Assembly (NCBI GenBank): GCA_000934665.2
Contig: KZ538492.1
Location: 1-64,000, forward strand
Reading direction: 5' to 3'
Source of the DNA: Catajapyx aquilonaris
Taxonomy: Eukaryota
Length of the DNA stretch: 64,000 nucleotides
How positions within the stretch are numbered: position 1 is the first letter of the stretch; every line of letters begins with the position of its first letter. The notes beneath the pieces are model-generated. The model did no database searches. It was not told the DNA's origin and was given only the letters and a program-made list of their open reading frames with translations. Shown here in pieces: positions 1 to 14,283 of the stretch. The position numbers and the translations under genes were made by a program.

Positions 1-763
1 TAGTGTATTGTTCAGGGGGTCAAAGAGTACCTTTGTACCAATTTCCAGCTTTACACGAATTTTTTTTGGGTCAAAACCTAAAATGACTGGGCTATTAGTG
101 GCAGGACACTCCCAGAAAGTGCAAATTTTTAAAAATTTAAAAAAGCGACCCAAGATTAGTTCCAAAACAAAGTTCCGAAAATTGTGATATTTTTCCGAAT
201 TGTCCGCATCCATTTCCGAGTCCAAGATTTTTGTCCTACGCAAAAATAGGGCATGTTAATTTTTGTGCAAGACAAATATTGTGCCAGTGCAGTGAAGTGA
301 ATTCTTTGAAAAAATTAATTATTATCAAGGACGTAGGATTAGATTGGCACTTAAACGCGTTTTTTTCTCCACTTTACAGTACTTGAAAGGTTAAATTTAG
401 CGTTGTTTTTATACCACAGAAACCTACACTGTTTGTGTATTTGTAAATAACTACCTTCAGTAATACCCGCACATGTCCGTCATAACAAGTGTTCAAAAAC
501 ACATCAACAAGGCCGCGAAGGAACCATCCTTTGCACCTGTGCCAGGCCCAACAAAAAACCCATTGTGCCGAACTCGTTCATTTGATGTTTATATTACATC
601 GTGAAGATCTATTTTCGACGCCCAATTATCGCTACCCCACCAGGCAGGGTTTTGCTAGAAGCGCACATTCTTGTCCATCGGCACAAAAAGTGGTCCTACT
701 AACCCGATAGATCAGACCTGAATTTTGAATGTCTGACTGACGATTGTGATATTTTCATTGCAG

Positions 764-2884
764 ACGGCAGTTGAGTCAGCAGTGTCAATGGGTGAAGTGG
801 CCATAGTGGTGGATCTCCTCAGTGTCCTGGTCCTCAGGCCGTAAGTTGCATAATCGAACTTGGCTGCAATGGTCCTATACAAATAAGTAAAACATGTGTT
901 CGTTTGATCGTTGCAGGTCCATCTGGAACCTGGATCTGTGCGTGGCCCTCCTGCCTTCAATCCACGACCTTCTCCAGAGCAAGTTCGAAATGTGAGTACA
1001 CTACCTTTTTTTTTAAAAAAAGCATGCAGCTTCTATTGTTGGCCATATATGCATGTTTGGCTGCTGCATGAGGGGCGAGGGCACCAGTAACAAAAGAACT
1101 GGTGCTTGTAGTTTGCAATTTCACGGCCAGGCTCGGAGGAATTGGAGGAAGCGGTGTCCCCCAGGGTTAGGGTGGGGGGTGATGACTTCATTTGGGTGCT
1201 GCTTCTAAGAGGGGAAGGGGGGGGGGGGGGGGAANGGGGGGGGGGGGGGGGGGGGGACACAAAAAAAAGGCGGCGAAAATGGAGGAAGGCTGTGAGGGGA
1301 GGGGGTGTTGCATTTATTTGAAGCTGGCTTACTCGTTACGCATTCAGGAATGGATCGAGCGATGGACGGAGGGATTGTGTCCCTATTTGATTCGGTTCTT
1401 GAAATGGTAGGGAGAGTCAGATTCGGATGTAAATACATAGCCTGTTAGAGCTGCATCGGAAAATGTGCAGTGTACTGAATTTTTCTGGCCACCTATATTG
1501 CTTCTATGGCAACATCGTGCTCTAGGGTGGTAGTTGCCTGCTGGCAGTGTAAAAAAAGTGGAGGATATTGGACCTGGGCAATTAAGAAACGGGAAGGGTC
1601 GTTCATGGCCTTAGAAAGATGTTTCAGGTATAGAGGAAGAGGATTATAGAAGAGGGTGGGGGCGTGAGGTGAGCAGGTTTATGCCGGGATGATGATGGCC
1701 CCATGGAGATTTATGGGCCAGCAACAGCTTGCAGGTATAACACTGCCCCCGGGGGTGTTTGAGGATATATGGATGGGGGCTAGAGGTGATGGGGCCAATT
1801 TGGGTGACCGGTTGCATCCAGCGAAGAGGCTGACTACAGGGTGCGCCAGGATTTTGAGCAGATGGGGAGGAGGAACCTTTAGGCTGCACTTTTTTTTTCT
1901 TCTTTCTTTCAGATTATAATGCGATTGTTGTGCATGCATGCTGCTCTAATGGGGGGTGCTTGGATTCCCAGCGCTTCTCCCCCACTCCTTTCATGCAACT
2001 CTGCCCCCGCTCTCGCATCTCCCATTGTAGACCTACCCCGCTTCATGCACAAATTGGCCATCTTTACTATTAGAAATGCGGAGAACCCCCCCTCTCAGGA
2101 CTGGGACACTTTGCACCTCCTCTATTCACTAAGCGCCCGCTTAGCTAATTACAATCAATCGGATGGAGTGCCTGTCTGTCGCTTCCACTGCATTGTCGCC
2201 AACCTGATTGATTGCGATTTTTTTAAATGCAGTTACATGACCGGAGGATGCAACGCACTTCGGTTGATCCTGAGGAACTTTGCTTCAGTGATAAGGACCA
2301 ACATCAACAGTCCCATCAGAACGCTCGGGGTCGACATCTCCAGAGAAGAAAGGTTGGTTTTTGCTCGAATTGTGGCATTTTTGGTAGATCGAAGGGATTT
2401 TTTTATTTTTTTAAAAAGTTTTTGTTGGAGGGAAGATAGAGGAAGAGGTAAGCCCCCAAATTGCTGAGGAAGGGTGGGCGGGGGTCAACAAAAGGATTCT
2501 GGGAAATGGGGGTGGGAATAGGGGAGAAATGATGAAGGTGGTGGAAGGAGAAGCAGGTGGTTCTTTTCAGTTGACAAAAGGCAGGAAGTAGAGCAGGTTG
2601 ATCGGGATGTCCCAGCATGCGGGAAAGGATAGAAAAGGGTAGATGAAGGCGTGTCTGACTATTGCATGGCTACAAATTTTAAAAGCACCCTCGGGGTCTC
2701 CCAACTCTCTTGAGGGCCCCCTCACATGTTTGTTTGCTTCTTTGCCAAAAGGTACAATAAGTGCCTGGAGTGCTACAAGCAGCTGGTGTCGATCCGGGCC
2801 TTCGTGCTCAAGAGGCAGACTCTGCAGGGGAAGTTGGGACACACCTTCAGAGAGCTACATATCCTCCTGCAGGCACTCGACTGA
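764..2884 (+). CDS. kat80: Katanin p80 (WD40-repeat subunit B1) family, C-terminal con80 domain; last four coding exons, 5' part of the gene lies outside the window
   Basis: Exons 764-840, 917-991, 2233-2352, 2752-2884, all AG/GT-bounded and phase-consistent. Joined: TAVESAVSMGEVAIVVDLLSVLVLRPSIWNLDLCVALLPSIHDLLQSKFEIYMTGGCNALRLILRNFASVIRTNINSPIRTLGVDISREERYNKCLECYKQLVSIRAFVLKRQTLQGKLGHTFRELHILLQALD*. W.LDLC, LLQSK.E.Y, GVDISREER..KC..CYKQL and FRELH match the KATNB1 C-terminus as recalled. KATNBL1 cannot be formally excluded without the N-terminus. Confidence 0.92.
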
Positions 2885-5317
2885 TACTCAACCGTCCGTC
2901 CATCTCGCGTCCTTCCAGTATACAATAGTATTCAACGCGTCCAGCTTTTACTGTCGGAATTAATCATGTTCATGGACAAAATTTGTGAATCACGTCTGAC
3001 GAAAGAGTGCAGCAGATTTGTTTCCATATTACTGTGATTTTTTTGTTACCAGTGAAGGGTCGTCCTGGGAATATAAAATTCGGACCGTGAGAGCTGGAAG
3101 CGAGAGGTCAAGAGTCACGGGCTGCAGAGGGTGCATCCAAGATGCGTCCTGCTGCAGTTGCAACAATGTTTCGTACCTTGGTAAGCGACGGTTGGCTCCT
3201 CGTGAATGCCATTTGTCCGGCCATTAGTTTTTGTTACGTTGATTTTTGAATGGGAGTGTGTGAGAATCGGTGTGCATGTGCGAAAGTGCCTTGGACACTG
3301 CTCTTGTTTGTAGCTTATTAATATTATTGTAGAATGAATGCGCACTTTGACTACCGAACTGGTTGATTTGGCGCCAATCCCAAGTGCCAGGGGTTATAAT
3401 AATAGTAACAATACAAGAAGGGATGGGAGGGGGGGTTATTACAGGGAATTTCATAAATGTTGTGTCGACAGAATCTGGACACTTTGCCAGTGTCGTGTAG
3501 CTCACTATGCATTTATGAAACACCCTGTACAATGAAGAGAATATGACAATGGTTTTAATCGCTGTTATCCACTAATTTATGGCTTGGAGTGTGGAATAAA
3601 GCCTCGTTTTTTTGTACTAGACCAAGATTGTGTTTGATGGATGGGGTGGAGACTAGTGACCGAAGGGTGCATATAAGAAGCCCGGATTCATTCATTTGGT
3701 GGTATGGGGGTGTGCCATTACAGCGTCGACGGCGTCTGGGAGCGGCCGCCTCCGTCAAATAAATTGGGCAAAGTTGTAGGGCAAACAGCGGAATGATGTC
3801 GGATAGGCGGCGCGAATGATGAATTCGTTCCCACTTTTTGTGCTCCTAAAAAAGAGCCCTGCGCAAACTCTGACCCTGTTATCCCCGTGATTGATTGATG
3901 GTGGCGCTGATAGACAAACAGATTGACGACCCAAGTCCTGTGTCGCCCCCTGCTCCTTGTCAACCGGGTTCCCCTTGATTGAGGTCGCCGCCATGGATCC
4001 TGTGATTCGAGCAGCTGTTTGTATATTTTTTTCGTACCTCTTTTTGGCTTCGGAACCCCCCCCCCTGCTTATACCTCCGCCCCCATCCTACACACCCTTT
4101 CCAGCAGAGGAAAAGAGCTACTGGAGAAGGAAGGAAAAAATGGAGCAGCAGTGGTCCCACCATGTTTTCTCACGGTGTGATTACGCGGCCCAAAAGAGAG
4201 GATTTAGTGCTGATGGGGGGTTCGACAGAAAGAGCTGGGTTGAAAATGGCTGAATTGACTTGGAACTGCTGACACCCATATAGGGTGACCGTCCCCAGTA
4301 CAAGAGGAAGATGAGGTGTCGTTGTGAAAACTTGTTTACAGATATTAGAAGTACCAGTGCAGCACAAAGGCATGGTCCATGTTGGTGAAAGGCAGCGCCT
4401 TGTATAGATGCGCCTGCGTGCAGGGGTGATTAGTCTGGGTTATTGTGATGGGAGGGATGTGGTCGAGAAGATACCGGCAGGGGAGCAGGTGATGTAGGGG
4501 TGGGCATATACTCCAGTTTGGCGTATTGAGGAAGCAGGCCATAAATAAGGGTGATGGATGATGGCCCCTGGTTGAGAGAAAGCCATTTCGGACTATTTGG
4601 TGCCCTCGTTTGCATGACATCTACCATGCTGTTAAGTATCGGGGCGGGAGGCTTGGCGGCTCAGCTAGCAAGGTAGTTGATACCCGAAAAAGTAATTGTT
4701 CCGCGAGGAGACTGTAATTACCTGCTGCTTATAGGATGAATGGAGGTGGATGGTTGACTGGCTTCGGCCATATGTCCGCGGTGGTCGTTTACCCGGCGTA
4801 GGATGGCGGCTGCTGCGATGGGATGGTGGATGTGGAATAGTGCCTTCATAACTTACTCGAAATAAAGGCCGTTGCTTTATAGCTTCTCAACACACATCTA
4901 ATCACATCTAATGCTGTGGGCGTCATATGCTCACGGGTTAAAGGATCAAAATCCAAATACAGGGTGGAGAGAAAGTTTCGGACCCCCTCAGGTTTTTGAA
5001 CCCTGTACCGCCTATACATTTCACAGCCGCTGTTCACATCTTCAAAATGTCCACAAGCAGTTCTGATGTACACTGTCTTTTGGAGCATAAATCTTGACAA
5101 CATGCTAACACCTTCGATCCTCAATTCAGTTAATAACTTCCGCCTATGTGAGTCATCCATGCATCATATACCTGTTTTGCGTTTATTTTGCTTGTTGCCT
5201 TGGAGGCTTGGAGGATCCTGGTCACATTCTGTTGCAGGTAAGGTTTTCATGAGTTCCCCTCCATTCAAATGTTGTGAATTCACTCTTTGACGCATTGGTC
5301 TATATTCTATAACTATA

Positions 5318-7289
5318 CTGTAAGTTGGGGCAAGTGCGACAATGGGGCAAGTACGGAATTGCTTCTGAATATTTAGCACAGCAAGGTGGCAGGAGCTATC
5401 GAAAATCACGTATGTTCACGACAACATATGCCTACTCTGTTAAAAGTAGCACGATAATCTTCCTATATTGTATAGACATCGTCAGGGGCAAGTGCGCCTC
5501 AGCATCGCACTTGGCCCGCGGTGATCTATAATTCTTACGAAAGCTGGAAGTTGGTCAGGTTTCAGGTATAGTGTATAGCCTAGCCAAAACACATTGAGAT
5601 AGCAACAGAGACTGCTGAACAGGGCGGCCACCTTGAATCAAATTAAAAGTCCGGCGGCCATGACAGTTCCGGAAGAGATTTGCGGGAAAATCAATATGCC
5701 ATTATTGGGCCAGTCGCAAGTGAGGTAAAAATGAGGATTTGCTGGGGCAACAAGTTCCTCGGGTGGTTATGCATGTATACTGTATGTTAGGCGCAAGCCC
5801 CAAAAACGGCAATTGAGCGGGGAAAAAACAGAGTTTCGCGGTATGCTCTTTGCAAAACGGGCAGATCGCGAATTCTAGATGATCTTTAAAAATGCCAGAA
5901 CAGCTTTTCTTGACTACACAAAAATGTCCGTATGCGAAATTAGTGTCGTGGTTGGTTCAGAAAAGGCCCATAACGCGCTGTGGCAGTTTCTTGTTGCCAT
6001 GCACGAGCTGACAACAATATAGGGCGATTTATTTCCAGCGTCTCCAGTTGACTTAATGGGAAACAAGAAATTGCCTGCGCGTTATGACCTTTCTCTGAAC
6101 CAGCTACGACACTAATATTTCGCGTCCTGGCATTTTTTTAGTAGTCCAGAAAAACGTTCTGGTCTTTTTAAAAGGAGCATTCCGGGGAAATGGATGGTTT
6201 GAAAAGGGGCATTTTGCGATCTGCCCGTTTTGAAGATCTTGTTTTTTTTTCGCTCAATGTCCGTTTTCGAGGTTTGAGCCTAACATATACGATATACCGT
6301 ACTGTATATTCAAGCAAGGGATAGTAAACGGTTTTCTTATTCGAAATCATCGCCTATACTAAAAAAATAAGAAACAACCCTACCTTTGGTGCATTAGCTC
6401 TGAGGACCAAAATCGGCGTTTTTACCGTAACTGCGGGGACAGCACCTGACTCTGGGGACATTTTTCGGTCCCCACAGCGATACACACGGTATTTGGCACT
6501 ATTACAGTGGGCACTGGTCCCCACAGTTACGTATAGCATGGTTTTACAAAAGTCCATTTCTCTCAGCCTAGGTTAGGTAGGGCATAGGTTAGTTTAGTTT
6601 ACACTCGCGTCGAAAAAGGTGTTTCCCAAATCCCCATACGAGCTGTATGTATTGGACCACAGGGCTGGGTGTTCGTGTAACAAAATTATTGTTGGCCAGT
6701 GCTGTATATAATTGACAGAAATGCATTATTGGGAGGGTAAAGCTAGTCGCAAAAAGAGGAGACAATACATCTTAATTCGGTCACCAATGGAAAACTTCCG
6801 GTCGCGGAATGCGACAGTCTAAAACTTCGAACAGTGAAAACACTTCCAACTAATTTAGTTTAATGGTATTTTAATCAGATAATGCCAGTACTGTTAGCCA
6901 ACCTGTTGCGGAGCAGTGAATGAAGAAGGTTCGTCCTATAAGAACTTCTCAGTTTTAATTTCTTAATTCGGAATATACGGACTGGCAGAGAGAGGAAGTT
7001 TGTCTTTGTGGCACTAGTCCTATAGGCAACACGAACAATGTTTATTACTCTGAGAGAATTCCACAATCGCACTTACCCCATGTCGCGGGGTAAGTGCGGC
7101 ATTGTGCATCAACGTGCATCTTTCAATTATTATTTGTCGGAGCACCCACATAGGCCAATTTGAAGATCTTCAGGTAAGGTGCATTGTCCAGTACTTTTCT
7201 CTCTCTCTCGCTTGCTAATTACTGAGGAAGTAGCATGCCTTCAAACTGCACCTAATCAAAATCCGTCTGCACTTACCCCCAACGTACCC
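5318..7289. mobile_element. Degenerate non-autonomous TIR DNA transposon (TA-flanked, Tc1/mariner-pogo-like), host of a nested foldback MITE
   Basis: Left end TA|CTGTAAGTTGGGGCAAGTGC versus reverse complement of right end TA|GGGTACGTTGGGGGTAAGTGC. Subterminal GGGGYAAGTGCG motif recurs near 5327, 5345, 5485 and 7087, and inverted near 5506, 7068 and 7269. No transposase ORF. Confidence 0.55.
5785..6285. mobile_element. Foldback MITE with ~220-bp imperfect inverted arms
   Basis: TA|TGTTAGGCGCAAGCCCCAAAAACGGCAATTGAGCG matches the reverse complement of the right end (TGTTAGGCTCAAACCTCGAAAACGGACATTGAGCG). Pairing continues inward (AAACGGGCAGATCGC/GCGATCTGCCCGTTT; TTAGTGTCGTGGTTGGTTCAG/CTGAACCAGCTACGACACTAA). 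TA on both flanks. Confidence 0.8.
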
Positions 7290-10200
7290 TATACGATTAA
7301 AGACGACCCTGTTGAGGTACTATGCATGCAGGCTGCCACGCCATTCCATCTTTCATGTAGGAGTGATAAATTGAAATAATTCTAATAATAATTGCACAAA
7401 TACCTCATCTGGCAAAACAAGTACAGCCAACTTGATGGTCGGCGGGATATTTAAATATTAAAAATAAATCGTATTCATGGTGTTTGTGCAAGCCTTCTGA
7501 TTGGCCGCCGTGTATTCCCCTGCATGGTCCTCTTTTGAATCTCTTTCAGTATTAGGAAAATGCCACAGATTACTACCTACGAACTAGCCAATAACTAGTT
7601 AAAAATATTATTATTATACAACTGATGACTAACACAAGACGATACAGTGATAATACTGTAATAATAATAAATTCCATTTAATTTGTATTCTAAGCAATTT
7701 GAGCAGTTTTACTAAAGTATATAGGCTATAAGGTTGAATTTATTGCAATAAATTTGATTGTCCATTGAAATAATTAGCATCATCGTCCAGACGTCCACGC
7801 TATCTAACGGGTATACATTAAATAACCATACTATAAAGAGGAACTGCTTAAAAGTTAGTTATCTTATAAAACGGACATTTCAATAATCGGAACACCTTGC
7901 AAACTACTGCACAATATAAAATACCTACGTATACATTCCCATCATGACAGTTATATACAGCTGATTCGGTGCTACAGGTACTATTTCCAGATATTAGGTC
8001 TACACAATACACATCAACAGTATATGAGGCACATTACACGTAAAAATCGCTTTAGGGAGCCGCTCAGCGGACAGCGATCCATCGCTGTCGTATAACTTGT
8101 GCTAAGCGCTTCAAAATTCAAAACGACGGACGCTAGCGCTTTACAGTGAGGCACGTTACACGGCAATTTTGTAGCCCTTCCATTCAAACTGCGTTTATTT
8201 TTAACTGATGGTGACGTGTAACGTGCCTCTGTCATTTGACTCCTGTACGTGTCCCTTCTTGACATCACGTAAGTCTTTGTTGTTCCTTCACCTGAGCTGA
8301 TGAAGTTGTTGACAAACACGAAGTCCCCTGAGCAGCCGAGCACTCGCTCATCAAGTGAAGTGACGCTGTTAGGTGGAAAAAAGACCCCAAACTCGTGCAA
8401 GTGCTCTGAAAATATTTTGAAAAGAATATAAAGGTGATGGGGAGCGACAAGAAGAGTCCAGGACGGTTGAGGAGTGACTTGATTGCCCCTTGGTCCAAAG
8501 GTGTGCCATTGTTGCCTGGGGTGCATACACGCCGCTTTTGTAGCATTGCCGGCTCTTTGAATGGAGTCGGAGTGCCAGGGAAGAGACAAGGAAAAGAATT
8601 CCGGGGCCGAAATGTACGTGATGAAAAGGGCGGGAGGGGGGCAAATTGGGGGGCCTGAAGGAAAGGGGAGGGGGGTCCATTTTTGTGCCTGAGGGAGTTT
8701 AGACGGCGCATTTAGGGGGAGAGCCCGGAGCCAAAAGCTGACATGAAAGCCAAGTCGATGCTTTTGTACATAGCAATCCTACAGGGTGTACCGTAAGTTT
8801 ATGGGTATTGCATCGACGATCCATAAAAGCGGAATAGTTTCCATGATCCAGGATTTAGGACCGAAAGATAGCGGGGGACGTCCTTTGATGGTTCTAGGTG
8901 CATTAGTATTCGGGGTGGGCCATTACGACTCACCTATTGGTCAGCAATGCGGGACAGTGTGTTAAGTGCCCGGCGGTACTTCAGAGGACAAAGATAGGTG
9001 TCCTGATAGGTCATCCCTGCCGAACAGGCGAGAATCAGGTAGATAGGTATCCTGTTAAGGTAGGACTGGAGGGAAGAAAAGGACGAGGCGGCACGGCGGC
9101 TCAGGTGCATCTGCCCATTGGGACCCCGGATTAGGACCGAACAGTGATGCAGCAGGTCCGCTCGGATAAACAAACCCAAACACACTCTGTATACGGCATT
9201 CAGAAGGAAGATAGTGTCCTCCTTGTTCCTTCGTCCTCTAATCAGTTTCGAACCGACATCCGCCTGGAACTCTGCTTGCTAATACGAGTGTTGTGACATG
9301 TCGCATTACTCCTACCCGTTCTTTACCAGCTTCCCCCCATCTATTCTGGACACCCCATTTGACGCCTTCGTCCTTTGTTACCTCATTCTTTCACACTCCT
9401 ATTGATTCAGTCAATCATTCTCTCGGGGTCCTACAGAGCGGCTTATGCCCCCTTTTGGTACCTGCCTGCCAGGCGTGCACGTTTTTAAAGAAATTATTAT
9501 TGTTTCGTGGACACCCTGCTGTGAACAGATTTCCCCTCAGCCTGATGCCAATATTCGTCCCCGATGGCGTCGGGTTGGTCCTTTTGAGAACTGCAATGTA
9601 TGTAAGCTGAATTGGTTCAAAATATTTTACATTTGGGCAAGAATGTTCCCAGCCCTTTTTGGGGGGGTTGAGTGGCAGAAGGACTACTAAGCCGGATGGA
9701 TCCCAGATTAATTGCTTGTTCCCCTTCCGCCGCAATGCCTTTGCTTGCTTGCTTCCAACAAGATTAAACGAAGGCCGCCATGTACCCTCCCATCTTCCAG
9801 TTTACTTTTTGTTTGTTTACACAATTTTTTTCCGCTCCTTCAATAGCCTTGTCATACCCAAATTGTCCTTTGTTACTCGCATATCCTTTGGACGGGGATA
9901 CAGCTGATGAAGTCAAGCAAATTAATGAGCATCCACTCAGTGTAATACAGGCTTACAGGACGTAGGTGACGCCAATCAAGACACGCTTATTTATATGAAA
10001 TCCATCCCCCTGTATGGATTGATGCATCCGTCCGTCCATCCGTTTTGTACATCACGGATGAATAAATGTCCCCGATCCCTCCCCATTTGACCTGCCCCCG
10101 TGCCCCCTCTCTTCATGCTTTGATCCGAATTTAATTAGCACCGGCTGCTCCCACTCCCCCTAAGATCTCCCCCCTGCCTTTTTTTTTATTTGGACGACTT

Positions 10201-13200
10201 GGCTTGATTGGACCCCAGCCCCAATGAGCGATGCATGCAATTCAGCAGCTAAGCTTCATCGCACGCACTTACTGCAATTTTTTTTGGGGTGTTCGTCTCT
10301 AGCTAGCGAACCGTGGCTGTGTATGTAAAGCAGGCAGTAGTGTATATCGAGCCTTTTGTCAACGCTGTTTTTGTCACCCAGCAGGCAGGATGAGGCAGCA
10401 GATACTGCCACCTGCAGTGAATTTGCACCAATTTTTTTCCATCATAGTATAACAATTCTGACTCACTCTGTATGCGGAAAAAATGGCGTTTGATCCGGAG
10501 TTGATGATGATGGGGTCGGATTTTTATCCTTTTTTTTTTTTTTGGTATGAGGGGATGGTTGTCCCCCCTTCTGAGTGCTGGGTGGTAGGATGGATCCGTA
10601 TAGATGGCGCATCATTAGCATGGAGAGAGGTCGCGACACACGTAACCAGATCAATCAGGGAGCAGATTGCCGGCAGGCCTTGCTCAGATACATGGGGCAA
10701 AGCCTGTGGGTGGTCCTTGGCCCCCCCTATTCTGCCCCCAGTCTTTCTGATCCTTGCTCTCATCATCAACGATACGCATGATGTCGGCAAGCGACTCTCA
10801 TTGCGCTTAATTACACGCGCCCAGGAAGCGCCTACATCCGTTCCAATCACATCACATCCACTCACGGGCCACCCACCTCATCTCTTGCTACAGGGTGTTC
10901 CATGATAGTTGTTCACTTACAATTATTTTGTAATTTACTTGTGTAATTGAAGGATGAGCCAATCCCCAGATGGTGGATCTCCCCTTGCAGGCCGCCATTG
11001 GTTCCTGGCTGAGAGTGGAGTATCGATTGTCGTGTTTAGTGCGCTCCTCCCATGCTGTAGAAAACCCCCTATAGCCCAGCAGTGTCAGCGGGCCATGGCG
11101 CATCAAAATGTCGGCAGTTTGGACCCCCTCGAATGAAACGAGATCTGCACGCTTGCTTGCTTGTATAGTGCCATTCAAACCCTCCCCCATCCTCCCTTCC
11201 ATCCCTTCTCTCCACCCACCCCTGCTGCTATATCATTTGCTTCAAAGCGACAGGGGCCAATAATAACACTCCCCCTCCCACTATGGAACACATCTTTAGT
11301 CATTTAAATTACGCAATAATCATAGTAATAATCACAATTCCAAACCGTCAGGGAGGAGCCTATTAGGGTTTATAATAGGTCGTGAAAATTGGAATTCATT
11401 GTTTTGTCAGCAAATTGGATCATATTTGTCACCTGATAATGTCAGAGCTTCTAGGATGAATCTCTTTTACGGTTATAGTAAAACGATGCTTTGATGACAT
11501 GGGGGTCTGTAATCCGAGAGCGACCCCACACCTTTCTCCCCCATATAATTTTGTAATAATGCCGGTTGCAATAATGGTCCAGGTTTGAAGAGAAAAGCGG
11601 CTCTAAATGTTGGCAGTTCGCTAATCTGCTTTTTCACAGCCCCTTGGGGGTTGGCGGACGGATCATACCCAGCAGAGGACCCGTATACCTAAGGACAGTT
11701 TAGCTGTCACTCGATCCAGGTACCTGCCTATGGGCCCCAAATATGATCCCTTTTCTTTCCTGCCACCCGTCCTCCTCTTCCTCCCACAATACGTGCCAGG
11801 GTGTTTTATTGGCTTGGTCTCTCTTTGTGTAGGACTCTGAAGCATGCAAGCTCACTCACTCAGCTGCCTGCCCCTGCCCCAGGTCCACTCTTTTTGCCCG
11901 CTCCAAATGTATATCTGGATGAATAGAATCAACCGGGGCTAGGGTTACAGAATGGGCAGGGAGGAGGGGACAAGGGGAGGGGGCTGTTGGTCCAACAACA
12001 TTCACGAGTCACATGAAATGAATCGACTTCCTCTCCTGACCCTCCCTCCGATGCCCTTACCCCCCGGCTTGTCATCGCCATTTCCAACATTAACGTCTCA
12101 GACATTGTACACACTTGAAGGTATCTGGAGTTGCTTTAGGTTCCATATAAGGTTTTTTTCAGTTGAAGACTTTGTGTGCAAAAATATATTGAGAAGCATT
12201 TTAACGGTAATCAGAAACGATTGCATGTTCCGCCATTCATGCCAATTTCATGCTGTGTGATCATTGCAGGTTAATTAAAAGTGAGAAGCCACTCTTTAGA
12301 GCTAACAAAATAATTTTCACAAATTTAGACATGCGAGGTTAACTATTTAAGTTGAGTTGTGTTTTTCTTCGCTAAAGATGCCTCAGCGAATATAATTATT
12401 CGATGGATAAATGTCCCTTTTCCGGCTTCCAAATCAGTCAAATATTGTCACTGCTTCGCTCTATTTACACTCTTGAAATAGTAACCACTCCTTAACATTT
12501 TACCCTGGTGTGAGATTTAAAAAAAATTTAAATATAGGCTGGAAATACTCTTCAAATTAATTCAATCGTTAAATTGCAGTAAAATTTTCAGCCAAGAATA
12601 TAATAATGTTACGAATGATGTAGACTGTAGAGAGAGTAAACACTATACTGGAGATGATGTGGAGCATACTGTAAGTTACAGAACAATATTTGGTACTTTT
12701 GCAGTGTAGTTACGTTCAAATGTTTTTTTTTCCCTAAATTGCATGTACGTATTATGACAAAAGCTTTGAGCCGTACCTGCTATAATGTTGCATGCCTCCG
12801 CTTAGGGTGCGTAACATTACACCATGGCAGCTAGAAGAGCACGGAGGCCAAATGGTGCTTGGCGTTGACAGGAGGGCACAATGGTCCAATTGATGGAGAT
12901 GCTGCTTTTTCTCGACTTCTGGCATGCTTGACTACACCTCTGGGAAGGAAAGGTCGGAACCAAGGAGGATTCTGAAGGAACGCGGTTACCATTGGAAGCC
13001 AAGAGGGATGCCTGTAAAGGCGATTGATTAATGGATCCATATTTGCCGCATTTTTCGCTCTTTTGAGGCCAAAACCATGGCGGATGCAGAGGTGCCCAGG
13101 GGCAGCGGGGATGGAGGCATAAAGAGCCCCAAAGAGGGGGCATCCAGTGCCTTCGTTTGGCCCCCCCGTTGTCCTGTGCATGACTGGCTTCGGGCCGGGG

Positions 13201-14075
13201 GCTGGATAATAGAGACGTCAAGCCTGCTGTCAACCCCCACACCTATATACACCACCTATGGTTCCAGCCTATAGATCGGCACCACGTGAAGCCCAAGAGG
13301 GGGGGCAGAACAGAACCTGCTTCACACCAACAACCAAAGTCGGGGTCTCGAGGACTGCCTTTATTTCACACCGAATCTACGCTCTCCAAATGTACAAACA
13401 GTCGGCACAAAAGTCACATTCCCCCCACTTATTATTCCATCTATGATTCCTTTCCCCCCCATTCCACTAACAGGGTCACCCAGTGAAATTCATACGAACT
13501 GAGCAGTAATTTTGGACAAATGTTTTACACACATCGATGGCTTATTATTAAAGGTTTTCAGTGGATCACCCTGTATAATAGACACAATGCACTCCACCAC
13601 CACTGCTACATCTACATACACATGACACGGGCATTAGCAATATTAATACAAATACATGGTACGAATGACAATGTCGGTATGCTGAGTAGGGCAATGAAAA
13701 AGAAGGGCAGGAGAGTGATGATACGTAGTTATTTCCCTAAACATGGTGATGAGGTGGTCCAAAAATGGCCTCCTGGGCGGCAGGGCTGCGTGATGGTCAA
13801 AGGTCACTCGCCACTTGGGTGTCGCGATGGTACTGCGGGTGTTGAGTGAAGTGGAGGCAGCCCGGCGGCCTAGGACACCAGACATCACCCTCTCGTCATA
13901 TGTGCAATTTTTTCGCGCTTTCTTTGGTGGAGCTGGCCAGCAAAATGATGCGTGATATATCAGTTGTGCCCATGACCCGAGCTCACTTCGTTCTTCTTAC
14001 GGTTCTGAAAAGGATATGACTGTGAAAAGTGCATAACTCGTTACTCAGGTGTGTAATGAGCAGCGGCGATAATGA

Positions 14076-14283
14076 GTTCTACCATATTACATTTGCACCC
14101 AACTTGCAACTTGTTCAGTAATTTGGACGCAAGCAGATTGTGCTGCTCGCCACTGCGGATGCTACAAACTGACCAAAGTCAGCGCCTTCATTATTGGGAA
14201 GAAAATTATGCGGAACCACTCGTTTAATATTAAGCGAATACGGGTGTTGAGCAAGGTGGTTGCAAATTGATGTATGGTAGAAC
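14076..14283. mobile_element. Small MITE with ~35-bp imperfect TIRs
   Basis: Left GTTCTACCATATTACATTTGCACCCAACTTGC versus reverse complement of right end GTTCTACCATACATCAATTTGCAACCACCTTGC. Confidence 0.6.

Noticed and set aside
1..93. Possible transposon right end (...GACTGGGCTA)
   Set aside because: The partner end is outside the window, so it cannot be verified.
8292..8365. Minus-strand 74-nt stretch with a good acceptor and a GT donor, reading VTSLDERVLGCSGDFVFVNNFISS
   Set aside because: No partner exons or recognisable homology; in Bgb phase 0 it stops after four codons.
13794..13806. Nuclear-receptor DR1-like TGGTCA-A-AGGTCA
   Set aside because: A single isolated motif with no context showing function.
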